A stretch of 64,000 nt of DNA from Phoronis australis (taxonomy: Eukaryota > Animalia > Phoronida). The notes beneath the pieces are model-generated. The model worked only from the letters and a program-made list of their open reading frames with translations, searched no databases and had not been told where the DNA came from. The stretch's first letter is position 1, and each line of letters opens with the position of its first letter. The position numbers were made by a program, and so were the translations under genes. The stretch covers positions 1 to 64,000 of the forward strand of contig NMRA01000077.1 in the NCBI GenBank assembly GCA_002633005.1. The letters run 5' to 3'. This document shows, piece by piece, positions 1 through 12,795 of the stretch.

Positions 1-679
1 GAGATTTGCACCATGATCACAAAAATACAACTGTTTTTGCTGTTTTACACCTCTAGTAGTCAAAGCTAATGACTTGTAGAAGTCGATCCTATCCAAAATA
101 ATCCTCAAAATATCTTTTTGCCTTAAAACCCGATTGTTGCTCTTTAATTTTACCGAATACCGTGAATGGGCTGCATCAAACAAAATCTCAAAGACAACAC
201 ATTCTGCTGTTTTAACGCTCTGGTCAAAGCTAAATCTCCAAAAGACTTTGCTACATGTATTTAACAATAATTTCCAAGCTGTGATATTTAAATGCTGTTT
301 AGGATTCGTGATTAAGAGCATAGTCACATTGTTAGAAACAGTTTATTAAAAATGTACTCATGTTTCACACTATTGGCGTTTATATATCACGTGACCGACG
401 GGAGACCTTGCATGCTTAATAATCGCGGATCTCTAAATGATATCAAAGATAGCATTGTTTACCTCAGATAGAAATTAACAGCTGTGCATTGAAGCATAAA
501 TTCTTTTTTAACTGCACAGTAGTCTGATAGTGACGGGGAAAGTAAATTTCAAAACGATTATTGTAAAAAACGGCCAATGTTTGTGAATAAGGTTTGAGAC
601 GACCATGTTATACTGAACGGTACCAGTCAGTCGTACAAAAGAACTTCGAATTATACGGTAGAGTCACTTATTAGCTCTC

Positions 680-811
680 TTGAACCATTGAAATTTACTT
701 TTGAACCCCAGATTCGTACCCACGAACCGCAAAATGATCTGCATTATCTTATTTGGTTCATACGAATAGCTTGAATAGCTTGGTGTTCACAAGTACAATT
801 CAATGGTTCCA
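680..811. repeat. Small imperfect fold-back (MITE-like inverted repeat)
   Basis: ttgaaccattgaaatttacttttgaacccca (680-710) approximately matches the reverse complement of tggtgttcacaagtacaattcaatggttcca (781-811); inner attcgta/tacgaat and gaacc/ggttc are also complementary. Confidence 0.5.
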
Positions 812-1513
812 GTGTGCATTGTTGGATCTAGGGCGGAGGGCAACCACAATTAAAAAGAAGAAAATGTTCATGGAAGCCGTTTGTGCCTAGAGGAGGGTGC
901 CTATTTATTGGCTGGCGTATGATTCGTAATTCATGCGGGTGAATGTCAGACAGCCTTCATACATTTCTATGAAGCTACCATTACGTATACACAGTTAACT
1001 ACCACGGTAATTCACGAGCAGGCCGAGATCCGTCATGGGCATCTGATATCCTGGATCATTAAGTGCGTTGTAGGATTCTAACCAAACTTTGCCAATCGTA
1101 TGACTTTATGGTTTAGAACGTACTCTTTTGGGGTTCAGTTCGGAATAAAAAATGGAACATTCTGATGCCGGCGGCTTGCTAAAACGAATATCTACAAGTT
1201 TATAATTCACCAGAATTGGGTAGCATTCCGTTGGCCTAAAATTTAGACCACGCAAGACCATGTAAAATGCTGCTAGTGTATCGTGAGTAAGCTCAAAACG
1301 AACTAGCGCAATTTAGNGAGTTATGAGATTAATTCACTAAACTGTTTTCTACAATTCACGTTTACCGTTCCATAAGCGAAAATTTTCGTCGCAAGTGCAT
1401 GACTAACACATGGGTTTACGAAACGCAGCCCTGGGCTCCACTGGACTATGCACAAGGCATTGTTTCTGCAACGTCTGAATCAACAAACTCAATTCATATC
1501 ATAACTGAGTAGA

Positions 1514-1600
1514 GTTCAGTAACGCTAGGACCTCGCTAAAAAGCAACGCTTCACGAGACTACGTGAGACATTGCCGTGTATTTTAAATGAGAACACGTGA
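1514..1600. mobile_element. Terminus of a dispersed non-autonomous element family (GCTAGGACCTCGCTAAAAA end)
   Basis: Matches the reverse complement of about 45810-45887 and 55745-55799. Confidence 0.6.
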
Positions 1601-2076
1601 TTTTGGCTAAATTTTAGCGACTTCCTAGTGTACATGTAGGCCCCAACGTTACTGAACTCTACCCTGGAGTGCCATAAACGTATATCCCGCGTCGTACAAT
1701 TGTTGTGTTTCTTTGAGTCGTAGGTGTATACACTGATCAAATCTCCAGGTTCCTAATTAAAATGAGTAAAAAGGGAGTTTTAACTAGTTAGGCATGACTC
1801 TGAAAGTGACAAAAATCGAAAAAAAATGTTTATTTTGTAGTTCGTTTTTTTAAAAAATCGTATTTTTTAATTTTCAACAAATCCAATTTTACCTCGAATT
1901 TTTTTTCAAAATGCACAGGGATCATCATAAACTATTTCCTTACGCAATATTCTACTTATCCATATCAAATATATGTACAAAATTATTATGATCTTGATTT
2001 TGTGGCATTTTTTGTGTGCGAGTTGGGGCAAGCACGCCACTTTTTGTCATTTGGTCACTTTCCGTCTAATAACTAA

Positions 2077-2489
2077 AAATCTGGTCCATTTATCAAAAAA
2101 CCCTGGCACACGATTTTACTTCAGTCCAAGAGGATTTCAAATTTGCAACTTTCGTTAAAATTGACCCACGTGTTGTGGAAAAATAGGCCCGAGAATCGTG
2201 TCACCGTCCTGAAATCACGAGCCGAGAAAAACGGCTTTGAAGTTAAGCGGTCATCGATTGCCACTTGAGATCAAATTTCGTTNAAATCTGGTCCATTTAT
2301 CAAAAAACCCTGTCACGCGATTTTACTTCAGTCCTAGAGGATTTCAAATTTGCAACTTTAGTAAAAATTGACCCACGTGTTGTGGAAAAATAGCCCCGAG
2401 AATCTTGTCACTATCCTGAAATCATAAGCCGAGAAAAACGGTTTTGAAGTTAAGCGGTCATCGATTGCCACTTGAGATCAAATTTCGTT
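2077..2489. repeat. ~205-bp direct duplication flanking a single N (probable assembly overlap)
   Basis: 2077-2282 and 2284-2489 are near-identical and separated by the n at 2283. Confidence 0.8.
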
Positions 2490-2989
2490 CAGAGTGCGTG
2501 GTCATTATGTTCCAATTTTTGTTGAAGTACTAGAAATAAAGCTGATATTTACTTCATATTTAGAAAATGTGACATACCTTTTTGTTTACAGAGTAATTTT
2601 AATCATTTTTTCGAACTTGTGAAGCACGACAGACGACCAAAACAAATATGGCTGTCACGTGGGCGGAGCTGAGCGTTGATCTATTGTCTGCTGTACTGGT
2701 GTGCCGACCACACATTAAAACCATGTGTTGATTGTTTATACGATTCATCTGAACTCTCCACTCAGTTTGTAAAAGACTCTCTAACTATATTACACAGACC
2801 TATTTGCCGAATGGACTTTGGGATAAGAAAATATCACTTTCTGCGCGAATAGCGCCGCTTGGGTGAGATTATCAAGTTACTAAAGTTTCTTATATTGCTT
2901 TCCTCTAAAATCGTATAATATCATGAGTTTTAATTCAGGGTTACGTTTGAATCTATGCACTAGAAAATTTTTTGTTATGTTGAACACTG

Positions 2990-3731
2990 GGTCATTTCTC
3001 TAATTCTTTGGGTTACGGCCAGTGGCAAGTTTATGTTAAAAATCCTCTGGGTTTGACAGCCTAGTTTCTCCACGGTTTATCTGCGAAGACTCTACTCTGA
3101 CGGCATGTAGTTGTCCATGTGTCGCCCGTGCGGCTTGTCTTCACAGCGCGTGCATGCACTCTCACCGAATCGTGCAACACCACCCACGTCGACACTCAGC
3201 GTCCTCTCGAAAGACACCTGACCTTATTTTACCGACTTCTCTTATACATGCACAATTTCTGCACGTACTCCTCAAGCTGAGTGCAGTGATGGCTTCGGTA
3301 GGGCTTGGCGTACTCAACTTACTTTTTTTGCAGATAGACAAACAGGCTCGGAACAGGACATAGTTCACCATTTCACTACCAACTTTCACATGCTCAAAAT
3401 AGAATTGTTTTATTCTTGGTCTTGCTACAACACCAATATCAGCTGGTGCATCACTCTCGATTGCCCAGTTACGCAATGCTTGTTGACAGGGTTAGATTAG
3501 AGCTATTGTCCTTGTATATAAGCTCCGCCCCAGTTGTCAATCACTGAGCTGGTGAGCACTCAAGCCATATGACTTACTGAGGCTTGGTCAAATATAGCTA
3601 AAAAACAACTTTGGATTTTCAGAATGATTTTATTTTTCTTCACTATACTGTGTATCAAGAATTAAAGATTAGGATGACATAAAAATGTAAAAACAGTCAA
3701 AATTATTTTTTTGTGTATCCACCTACCTTAA
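2990..3731 (-). mobile_element. Kolobok-like DNA transposon relic (terminus plus decayed transposase N-terminal part)
   Basis: Minus strand begins TTAA|GGTAGGTGG (TTAA at 3728-3731); frameshifted peptide pieces QLEEYVQK, VFREDAECRRGWCCTIR*EC, SQINR and EKLGCQTQRIFNINLPLAVTQR resemble the Cys-rich Mutator-like domain of Kolobok transposases. Confidence 0.45.
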
Positions 3732-5261
3732 GCAAAAGTATCATTTGAGCAAGAAAAACTCGGCATTTCTTGAAAGGTCACGACCTCCAACTTCAGGCCT
3801 CGGACATAGAAAGTAGTTACAAAAACCGAAGCGAGTCGAGAAAGGTAAGATCAATTCATCGCAATGTTTCTCGTTCAGTATGTGGTATATATAGATTGTT
3901 ACATGTTGTCAGTCCTTATCCCCCTTATCTACAGCCCTCGTGGATTTTGGAGAATTATCGCCACTCGGGCTCTAGATTACGGGGGATAACGACTTTGCCA
4001 TGTAATGATCTATAAGTAGAAAAAGCTTTACTCTTTCTGATGAAATCCTTTGTCTTCTTTTAAATGACACACATTAGTCTGTGTAAGGAGACCAAAAATA
4101 AAAAGTCTAATGAATAGACGAAATGTTGATTGTACACGAACTTTTTATTTGTGCGGCGATCATCCGGTTTTTAATCTTAGTGTGGCCAAAAACTGATTTA
4201 TCTTAATCTATTTTGCCCGGGGTACGCCACGAGCTATGTTGCAGAGTAAAACAAGAGGAGGATTGCGAATATTGTCATTTATTATGACGTAAATAGATAA
4301 AACTAACTAAGACTCTGCAAGATGGGCATGGACAAAACGCCATGGACAAAACGCCCACCGGCGTGTACAATGCATAGCCCTGAAAGAGGGAACAAAACAA
4401 AAGAACTGCCTGAAGGGCTTAAAGGAAAAGTACAGAACATGAACACAAGACTTGAAAAAACCTAACAGGAAATGTATATGAGAAAAGAGAAAGTGAAACC
4501 GACACCCGGGATGGGGGTGGGGAAAAATGCAGAGAACGAATGTAGGTCTTGTAGACAACGAGGTAGGTGGCTGAATGAGAGAGACCACATTGAACTGAAC
4601 AAAGGGAATTGGGCGACCAATCAGGTGTCGCGTAGAGAAATGTATGAATACAAAAGTACGCCCTTGAGGCTATAAATAGAGATGAGTAATGCAAAATAAA
4701 CCCTAAGGACTGGTATCAAAATAAAGAGACAAATGTCAAAATAATGACGATAAATGCATTTAACAAGTTAAATTTAATTTATCGTAATCTATTTTGCCCG
4801 GGGTACGCCACGAGCTATGTTGCAGAGTAAAACAAGAGGAGGATTACGAATATTGTCATTTACTATGACGTAAATAGACAAAACTAGCTAAGACTCTGCA
4901 AGATGGGCATGGACAAAACGCCATAATGGCAGCACGGGAATGCTGACATCGCCCATCCGAGGAAGCGGAACCCGGGCAATAACAAGGTTAGACTATGATA
5001 AAACATAGGTACTAATAACGGTATAACAGAAAAGTAGAATACAAAAGTCTAGAATATAAAAAACAAGAACAGAATGAACTGGAAGTAAAGGTAACTCTAA
5101 CTAATGACTAGAAATTGAGGCCTGCAACTACAGACCTTGGGCCACAGGCTGCAACAACAGACCTGACCTTGGGGGCTGAAACCACAGACCCAGAGGAGTG
5201 GGAAGGGCTGAAAAGCAAAGTGAGAGAAATGGGGAGCTGCAACAACAGGCTCGCCAGGAGT

Positions 5262-6033
5262 TCAAGAAGCCTGGGGAAGAGGAAAAGCAGACATGCGAAT
5301 GTAGTTTTTTAGTGCGTCAGATTTCCAGCGTCCCATGCGCTGGATCACCGGTTCAGGTACAAGGTTAGAGCAGCTACTGGCAATGCGGAGATTGGCTGGA
5401 CGGAATTGTAAGTTAGAGTGGTCCCGAGCTGTGCTTGAATGTACGCATAGTGATGACCACAGAATCGCCATAGAGGGGGAAGACGACATCGCTGACCTGT
5501 ATGACGTGGGAGGAGAGCGAGGAGGTGACTGTGAATTCGCCGACCCTGAGGAAGGCATGGAAGGCTAGGAGGAACGTAGCACGTGCGAGAACCGAGTCGG
5601 CAAAAGAGCCGAGTGCAACAGGGCAGGCGTCAAACAAGCGGTGAAGCAAAGCGGAGGTAATGGGCATGCGTGTGTCAGAAGAAGGGTGCAGATTGGAAGC
5701 GCCTTTGAGGATTTTTCTTGATGAAAAAGGAGGAAGTGGGGTCAGGGAGGTTGTCAAGCTTGTGGACAAAACTAATGGCAAAGACATAGGACTGGATAGA
5801 CGAGCTACTAAGGCCAGATTCAGAGAGATGAGAGATGTAGAGGGCCAGGAAAAAGGTATTAATGGGCAAGGTGAGCGGAGTGTTGTTAGAGGAGAGTTGA
5901 AACTGTGCGAGTTTATGCAGGATGCGGGTGTAGGACTGAAGAATGGAGGGGGCCAGGGAAGCCCGGAGCAGTCTGGACACTCTGTCAGGAGGTGCGGCGG
6001 GATCGGCAACGTGTCGGATGAGGGATGAGCCAA
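5262..6033 (-). pseudogene. Tyrosine recombinase (YR) of the DIRS/Ngaro element, frameshifted and deleted
   Basis: LRASLAPSILQSY (N-terminal SAM-like part), DTRMPIT, FLLAFHAFLRVGEFT (catalytic R box) and IQRMGRWKSDALKNYIR (C-terminal W..Y box); the HSFRIG box is eroded. Confidence 0.85.
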
Positions 6034-6501
6034 GAACCCTGGGAAAAGGCGACCTGAAAGTTGAAACGAAAAAGTGCATCAGCGGTGATGTTAGTGTAGC
6101 CAGGGATATATTTTGCCCGAAAATGAACATTAAAGGTAAGAACGGAGATGACCAGCTACTAAGGCCAGATTCGAAGAGATGAGAGATGTAGAGGGCCCGG
6201 AAAATGGTATTAATGGGCAAGGTGAGCGGAGTGTTGTTAGAGGAGAGGTGAAACTGTGCGAGTTTATGCAGGATGCGGGTGTAGGACTGAAGAATGGAGG
6301 GGGCCAGGGAAGCCCGGAGCAGTCTGGTCACTCTGTCAGGAGGTGCGGCGGGATCGGTGTCGGATGAGGGATGAGCCAAGAACCCTGGGAAAAGGCGACC
6401 TGAAAGTTGAAACGAAAAAGTGCATCAGCGGTGATGTTAGTGTAGCCGGGGATATATTTTGCCCGAAAATGAACATTAAAGGTAAGAACGGAGATGACCA
6501 G
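5803..6501. repeat. ~350-bp tandem duplication inside the DIRS element (RNaseH end / YR start)
   Basis: 5803-6155 and 6154-6501 are near-identical with no N at the junction. Confidence 0.85.
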
Positions 6502-6823
6502 ACGACGAACAAGAGACATAATGGGGGCGTGGCGGGGCACGAAAAAGAAGTTATCGAGGTAGTGCGAAACGCCGGCGACCTTCAACTTGGTTTCCAGGAT
6601 CCATTGAATCGCAGAACTGACCTTTTCCAAGATGTTGCAGTTGGAGGCGCAGCCAAATGACAGGCACCTATCGTAGTAGGAGCTGTTGGCCCTGGAGAGA
6701 CCTAAGAGGTGGTAGTCGTCAGGGTGCACCGGTACGATGCGAAAAGCGTCCTTGATGTCAGTCTTAGTCATGAGGGAGTGGCGCCCAAACCGTTGAACCA
6801 GGCGGATAACGTCCGTGATGGAT
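6328..6823 (-). pseudogene. DIRS-type reverse transcriptase / RNase H fragment
   Basis: KTDIKDAFRIVPVHPDDYHLLG, YYDRCLSFG and HYLDNFFF (YLDD box) are fused by deletion to the RNaseH end AKYIPGYTNITADALFR. Confidence 0.85.
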
Positions 6824-7079
6824 GATAAATGCATTTAACAAGTTAAATTTAATTTAGCTGTGCGAATAAAGAATTTGAATGTTAAATTTACTTACTAGGA
6901 CTATATGGTACTACATGCATTAGATAATTATAAAGGAGTGTCACAATAAATATTGATTAAGTAATTAGTAAGAATAGATCCATTTTAAGTTGCCCAAAAT
7001 TTGTGCATCTGTACTTTTAAATCATAGGGTCAGACTTGTTGACATGTACTTTAACGTCAAAATCTATTTCTAAATGGTG

Positions 7080-7872
7080 TTTACAACTTTGGGTTCTGGG
7101 GTCAAAGTACTCTAGAGATTCTAGAAAATTCTGGGAACAAACTGTAACAGCCAATGATATGATTGGATATGATCATGTGGTTTTTATTAACCAAACACTA
7201 AATAAGTAGAATATTACAACATTGGCTTAAGTCAACAAGATATTCAGATGAGCTATAGTAGTTGAAGCATAAAGACTTGATACAGTGTACAGAGGAAGTT
7301 GTACGACAGAGCCATCTCGTGGAAGATTCTAGAATGGATCTTGGTAAGGGCAAGGGTTAACGAACAGGAAGTTAACTAATAGCTTGTCACTTGCATCGTG
7401 GGTAGTAAGATACTACCTGGAAAGTTGCGTCACCAGCCAGAGACTGTGACCAGCAAGAAGAATCGCGGGTAGAAGAAATTGCCTGCAAGTGTTGCATCAC
7501 CAGAGACGGTGACCAGCAAGTACACTGTCGCTATACAGTATGTGTAGTTCGAAGATTCCCCAACAGGACAGTCATCCAACAAGTGGAGAGTCCTAGCTTG
7601 GATAGCAGATAAGACATTTGATTATTTTGGTTGATTGATTGAAGTAATCTTTAAAGAGGGCGCTAGTGTATTTACTCTTCTTTGTAGTTGATTACTTAAT
7701 TAACAATACGTTTCAGTTATCTAATTAGGGGTTACTATATAATAAATTAATTACTGGATTTGATTATTCACTCTCCATCTACACACAATCTCATAGCATA
7801 GCTACCTTTTAAACAAACCCACAGCCAATCGTCTGACAAGGAGTGTTGCACGTTGTGGATGGTAACTATACA
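7080..7872 (+). repeat. LTR-like dispersed repeat (possible solo LTR)
   Basis: 7588-7840 matches the reverse complement of about 27885-28151; AATAAA near 7741 and ends in ...ATACA; left boundary and TSD not resolved. Confidence 0.4.
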
Positions 7873-8229
7873 AGTGAAAAGGTATTTAGAGCAATGGTAT
7901 TTAGAAGAAGTTTGTACAACGACTAACTAATGAACGCACACATATTTACAGTAGACTATCTTAATAAAAGTATTAATTAATCAAATGTGACTGTAAATTC
8001 TCATGCAAATGGTCGTTTGTCACTTAGTAGTAAATATTATGTCGAAGTAACAAATAAAATGGGTTACCCGTTGCTTGGATGGAAACAATGAAGTTTTTAA
8101 AGTGTTCCCAAGCTATTATATCAAAACATATGAAGGTAGTCTGATCTTTAAATAAAGTTATTGTAAGTTGTTGACTCCTCCAAATCTTGATATCTTTTAC
8201 CATGGCATCTTGATTGCTTAGGACGAAAT

Positions 8230-8860
8230 TATTGACTGCTTACATAATGAAATGACAATTCAAAATCAAATTGTGTGGAGCATTTTGATTGACGGGCAGA
8301 TTGTATTATTCAACAGTTTTTTATGACGTAGGCATCATTTTTGCGAAGGGACTTTTGGATTTTGATAACACATGAATTAATTGTGCTGCTTTGAGACGCG
8401 TGATGAAACATGAGTCTTCCAGCTCAAAGTTCGTCAATTCTTTGCAGTTAACGAAAATAAATACTTGTTTTCTAAAAATATTATGCTTTCCAAAATTTTA
8501 ACCTCCAGATATAAAATACAATTTGATTGATATTTAACCTAGACAGCAAAGTCAAATTTACGTTCTTCCTCACAAACTCTACTGTATTTCGTACATTAGA
8601 AATTTCGAATGTTGTGATATTCATAGAAAGGTTTATATAAGAAGTACTTTGAAAATAACGCGACTAGTGAGTGAGGACACATGTGCATCTTGTGGAGCTG
8701 TTGTATCCTTTTATATTATGTGTGCGGAATGTGAGAAGTTTGCAGTGCGAGATCCCAGAAACTTTTAGTCTTCTTAACTGCACTACACTAACATGTTTTT
8801 GAGGCTACTAGTTCCACAATAACTATTTGTCAATATTTTATTTATAAATGCTAGTAATAC
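8230..8860 (+). mobile_element. L1/Tx1-clade LINE ORF2 3' relic
   Basis: IQNQIVWSILIDGQIVLFNS.YDVGIIFAKGLLD and DIHRKVYIRSTLKITRLVSEDTCASCG resemble the post-RT and zinc-knuckle region of Tx1 ORF2. Confidence 0.55.
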
Positions 8861-9134
8861 ACAATTCAAGTACTATCTCTACAGTTACTGAAATATTCAA
8901 TTCCGAACTGGTTTTTTGGGAGAAATCCTTATTAACTGCAATCACTACGGTTTTATAAGTTAAATGATGTATTTGCGTGGGTGCGTGTGTGTGTATTCAT
9001 GATGTTGTCTTCACCATGTAAATTTTTTCTTGTTGTACTTATTATTTTGAGAAATTATTAAAAAGCAACAAACATACGACCAACTATTATTCAGTAAATT
9101 GATTTGTAGCGACAAAAATTAATAAAGTGTATAT

Positions 9135-9306
9135 TGCTGTGAACTGTTAAGTGGCTGTCACTAGCGTCACCTATTGTCAATGTGACCCAATTTCACGAGT
9201 TACCCACTATTCTGTGTGTCCTGTTGCTGTCTCGTGTTATGATGAATAAACATGGCTTCACGGTTTCTACATGCAGTTTACTTTAATTCAACGACATCTG
9301 ACCACA
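9135..9306 (+). repeat. 5' LTR of Gypsy element
   Basis: tgctgtgaactgttaagtggctgtcactagc...catctgaccaca, similar to 14127-14302. Confidence 0.9.
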
Positions 9307-11840
9307 GTAATAGGCGACGAGGATGGGATCTGCCTGAATTTTTCTGCTGATGTTTCAACTGTTCTTCGCTATGTCACTCATCGGTAACATTGGCACTTTT
9401 AACTCGAAAACCAAAAGGTTTTCTGTGTGGTATGACCGGTTCCAAAACTTTGTGACCGCGAACAATGTTGCATCTCAGAGGCAAAAAGCGTGTTTCCTAG
9501 CGACTTTGGGAGCTGATCCCTATAGGGTTTTATCGAACATTTGCCTGCCTGATACATGTAAGCCTGACGACTGTACATCGGAACAACTGGTTGCAAAGCT
9601 GACAAAACATTATGAACCTGGTACGATAATTATGACAGAACTTTTCCGCTTTTATAAGCCAGAACAGAAATTGGACGAGACCATTGGAGAAGTCATTGTT
9701 CGTCTGAAACAACTGTCTCGATATTGTTAGTTCGGAGCTTTCCTAGACCAGGCCTTGAGAGACAAATTAGTGTGCGGGCTGAAGTCAGTAGCGCTTCAAA
9801 AGAAACTGAAAACAGAATTAACTCTCACATTTGAAATAGCGTGGGAGCTAGGAAAACCTTTGGAATTGGCACGAAGCAGCAGCCAACAATTGCACCCAAG
9901 CATTGACTCCACCACGAAAGTTCAGTTCCTGAAAACTAAAAAGAGCAAGTGTCACTATTGTAAAAAATTTGGTCATTACGAGAAACAATGCTTTAAGACA
10001 CAGCGTGATGAATAGAATCGAAATTCCACTTCTGTGACCTCACATCCTCGGTCAATTGGAAACCTAAACAACGTCCGTCGGGCGGAACGCCCAGAGCGTG
10101 AGGACTTTTAGTGCTACCACAGCCACTGAGGACTACCTACTGGTGTTAAAGGACAACTCGAACAGTGCAGACTTTGTAATGGACATTTTATTTAATAGTA
10201 TTGCAACTAATTTCATTCTCGGCACGCAGGCTGACATTACCATTGTCTCGGAGCACACAGCTCACGCATTAAGTTTGAAATTGAAGCCGAGTAGCCGGCA
10301 TGTTTTTGGTTACAATCAGGTAGAAATTAAATTGTTAGGTGAATGTATTGTTCAAGCATTGTGGCGTGATCAATCTTTTCAGATACCTTTGGTGGTTGCC
10401 ATGGGTAAAGTTCGCATTGATCCACAGGCTCAGCCATTTTTTCACAAAGCACGTCAGATGCAGAAACTGATCGCTTAGTGGATGAGGGCATTCTAAAACC
10501 TGTATATTACTCCACATGGGGATCACCATTATTGAACATAGTCAAGTCGAATGGACAGATTAGAATGTGTGGAGATTACANTAGATGAGCAACAGTACCA
10601 GATACCCACTCCAGAAGATCTGTTTAATGCTCTCTTTGGTGGTGGTGTTTTCAGTAAGATTGATTCAAGACAGGCCTATCTGCAATTAGAAGTTGATGCC
10701 CAATCACGTAAATTGTTGACGCTTAACACGTTGAGAGGTCTGTATGAACCACAGCGTCTACAGTTTGGAGTAGCGTCCGCTCTACACATTTTCGAAAGGG
10801 TTATGGGGTCCGTGCTTCTTGGTATTTAAGGGGTCGTAGTTTATCTTGACGACATTTGTATTGCTTCCAAGTCTGTGGAGTCACATTTCAGAACATTAGG
10901 TTTGGTCCTTGCTAGACTCAAGCAGCACAGGGTGAAGGCACACCGGGCCAAGAGTGAGTTCATGAAGCGGAGTGTAGATTATTTGGGCCACATGATTGAT
11001 AAAACGGGCGCTCATCCCACGCAAGAGAAGATTGAAGCAATCGTAAATCCCCCAAACCCACGGATGTAAAAATTCTTTCTTAGGTTTTGTGCAGTTTTAT
11101 GCGAAATATATGAAACCTCCCACAGGAAATTTGGCTACCATTTTGCACACATTGCATTTGCTTTTAAGGAAGGGAACAAAATTTCAGTGGAAGGATTGCC
11201 AAATGGCGTTTAACATATGCAAATCTCTTATGACATCCGATAAGGTTTTAGTGCAGTACGACACTCGCACACCGGTAGTGTTGTCTTGTGATGCGTCAGA
11301 AGTACATGTAGGTGTCGGTAGTGTACTCAGTCATGTTATGGATAATGGCGATGAGCAACCCATTGCCACGGCTAGTCGAAAGCTAAACGACAGTGAGAAA
11401 AACTATTATCAGATCGAGCGTGAAGCTTTGTCCATTACTTTTGGAATCAAGAAATTCCAACAGTATTTAATGGGTCGACGTTTTACAATTGTGACTAACC
11501 ATAAAGCTCTGGTTAAGATTTTTGGACCCAAAACTGGAATTCTAAAAATGGTATCTTCTCGACTTCAGAGATGGGCTTTGATTTTAGGTGCTTTTACCTA
11601 CGATGTCAAGTTCAGGAATTCTAAGGAACATGGTAACGCAGATTGCTTGTCTCGCTTACCTTTAGAATTGACTGATGTTGCCATGGAAACTGGTATTTTC
11701 CGAGTTTCGGATAAAGAATCTCTACCCTTGAAGGCTAATGACATTGCTAGTAAGTCCCATTAAGTGTTGGCTCAAGCCTATCAGTTCACTCTTAAGGGTT
11801 GGCTTAATTTTTGTCCAGATGAGGATTTGAGGCCATATTA

Positions 11841-12795
11841 CAGTGGCGGATCTAGGATATCACAAGGGGGAGGGCAACATTTTGTCTGTAAACATTTTGC
11901 GCAAAGCACGATTAAAGATGCACATAGAACCGAGTGGGGGAGGTCGGGAGGGGGGTTTGCCAGGAAATTTTTTTTCTGTTTTTCCACTAAAAATCAAGCA
12001 TCTTCCTTGATTCCTGAAGTATTATCCAAAAAAAACGGAAAATGTGAAACACTGCAATTATCGCAGATTCGAACACACGACCCGGCGGATAGAGCGCGCG
12101 TGCTTTACCTCTGCACCACTACGATTTCACTCGTAATTTGATTCTAAGAGACTTACTGTTTTATGGTCCACAGGGTTTGCGCGCGAAACCTACTTCTTTT
12201 TGTAATGTTTATTTCACTTTTTATATTTTGTACAATCAGTTTCGTAACAAATTTGTTGTAATTCAATTGCCCAAAAGACCAAATCCGTTTTTTGTGTTGG
12301 CATTAATGACGCGATTGCTTTGGAAATTGTCTTAAGTTAAGGTTTGACAAAGAGAGAATTATGAGTTTCTGAGCGATTCACTAAGGCCTCGATTAAAATT
12401 CACATCTTACCAGCAGCTTCTGTTGTTTCATCGTCACTGAGATTCCATTTTCTTTAAAAAAATGAAGTAATTTTCTTCATTGCACAGTGAAGCAGACGAC
12501 GGAAACGGGGTCGTAGTGCGCAGCGACACTGCCGGTCATCTGGGATATCGGGGGAGAGCCTATATTTAGCCATAGTTCCGTTACGATTGCGCCGTGTTCC
12601 GAATTTGACACTTGAAATTGGATCTGAGCCCCCCCCCCAAACACCAAAAGTGCACACATTTAAATGTTGTTTCAGCCGTATAATGTTAATTACCGGGGTT
12701 ATGTGATAAACTTCACATTTCCCTACGCTCTTGCTGTTTTTTTTGCGGCAGCCAAGGGGGGGGGGGGCTGGCTCCCCTCCTTAAATCCGCCTATG
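11841..12795 (+). mobile_element. Non-autonomous TIR element with 5-bp TSD (hAT5-like MITE) inserted in Gypsy pol
   Basis: Ends CAGTGGCGGATCTAGG / TAAATCCGCCTATG; TATTA duplicated on both sides; removal restores the in-frame EDLRPYYTRKDEL. Confidence 0.85.
12050..12127 (-). other. tRNA-derived (SINE-head-like) sequence inside the MITE
   Basis: A box TGGTGCAGAGG, D-stem GTGC/GCAC, B box GTTCGAATC and a downstream T-run; acceptor stem poor, so not a functional tRNA. Confidence 0.55.

Larger units (their letters stand above)
4197..6856 (-). mobile_element. Ngaro/PAT-type DIRS-superfamily (tyrosine recombinase) retrotransposon, internally deleted
   Basis: Split direct repeats in A1-ORFs-B1-A2-B2 order: A1 6856-6824 (truncated), B1 4924-4778, A2 4781-4344, B2 4343-4197; RT/RNaseH and YR remnants lie between A1 and B1. 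Confidence 0.85.

Noticed and set aside
5115-6660. Several + strand ORFs
   Set aside because: Antisense shadows of the DIRS RT/YR region
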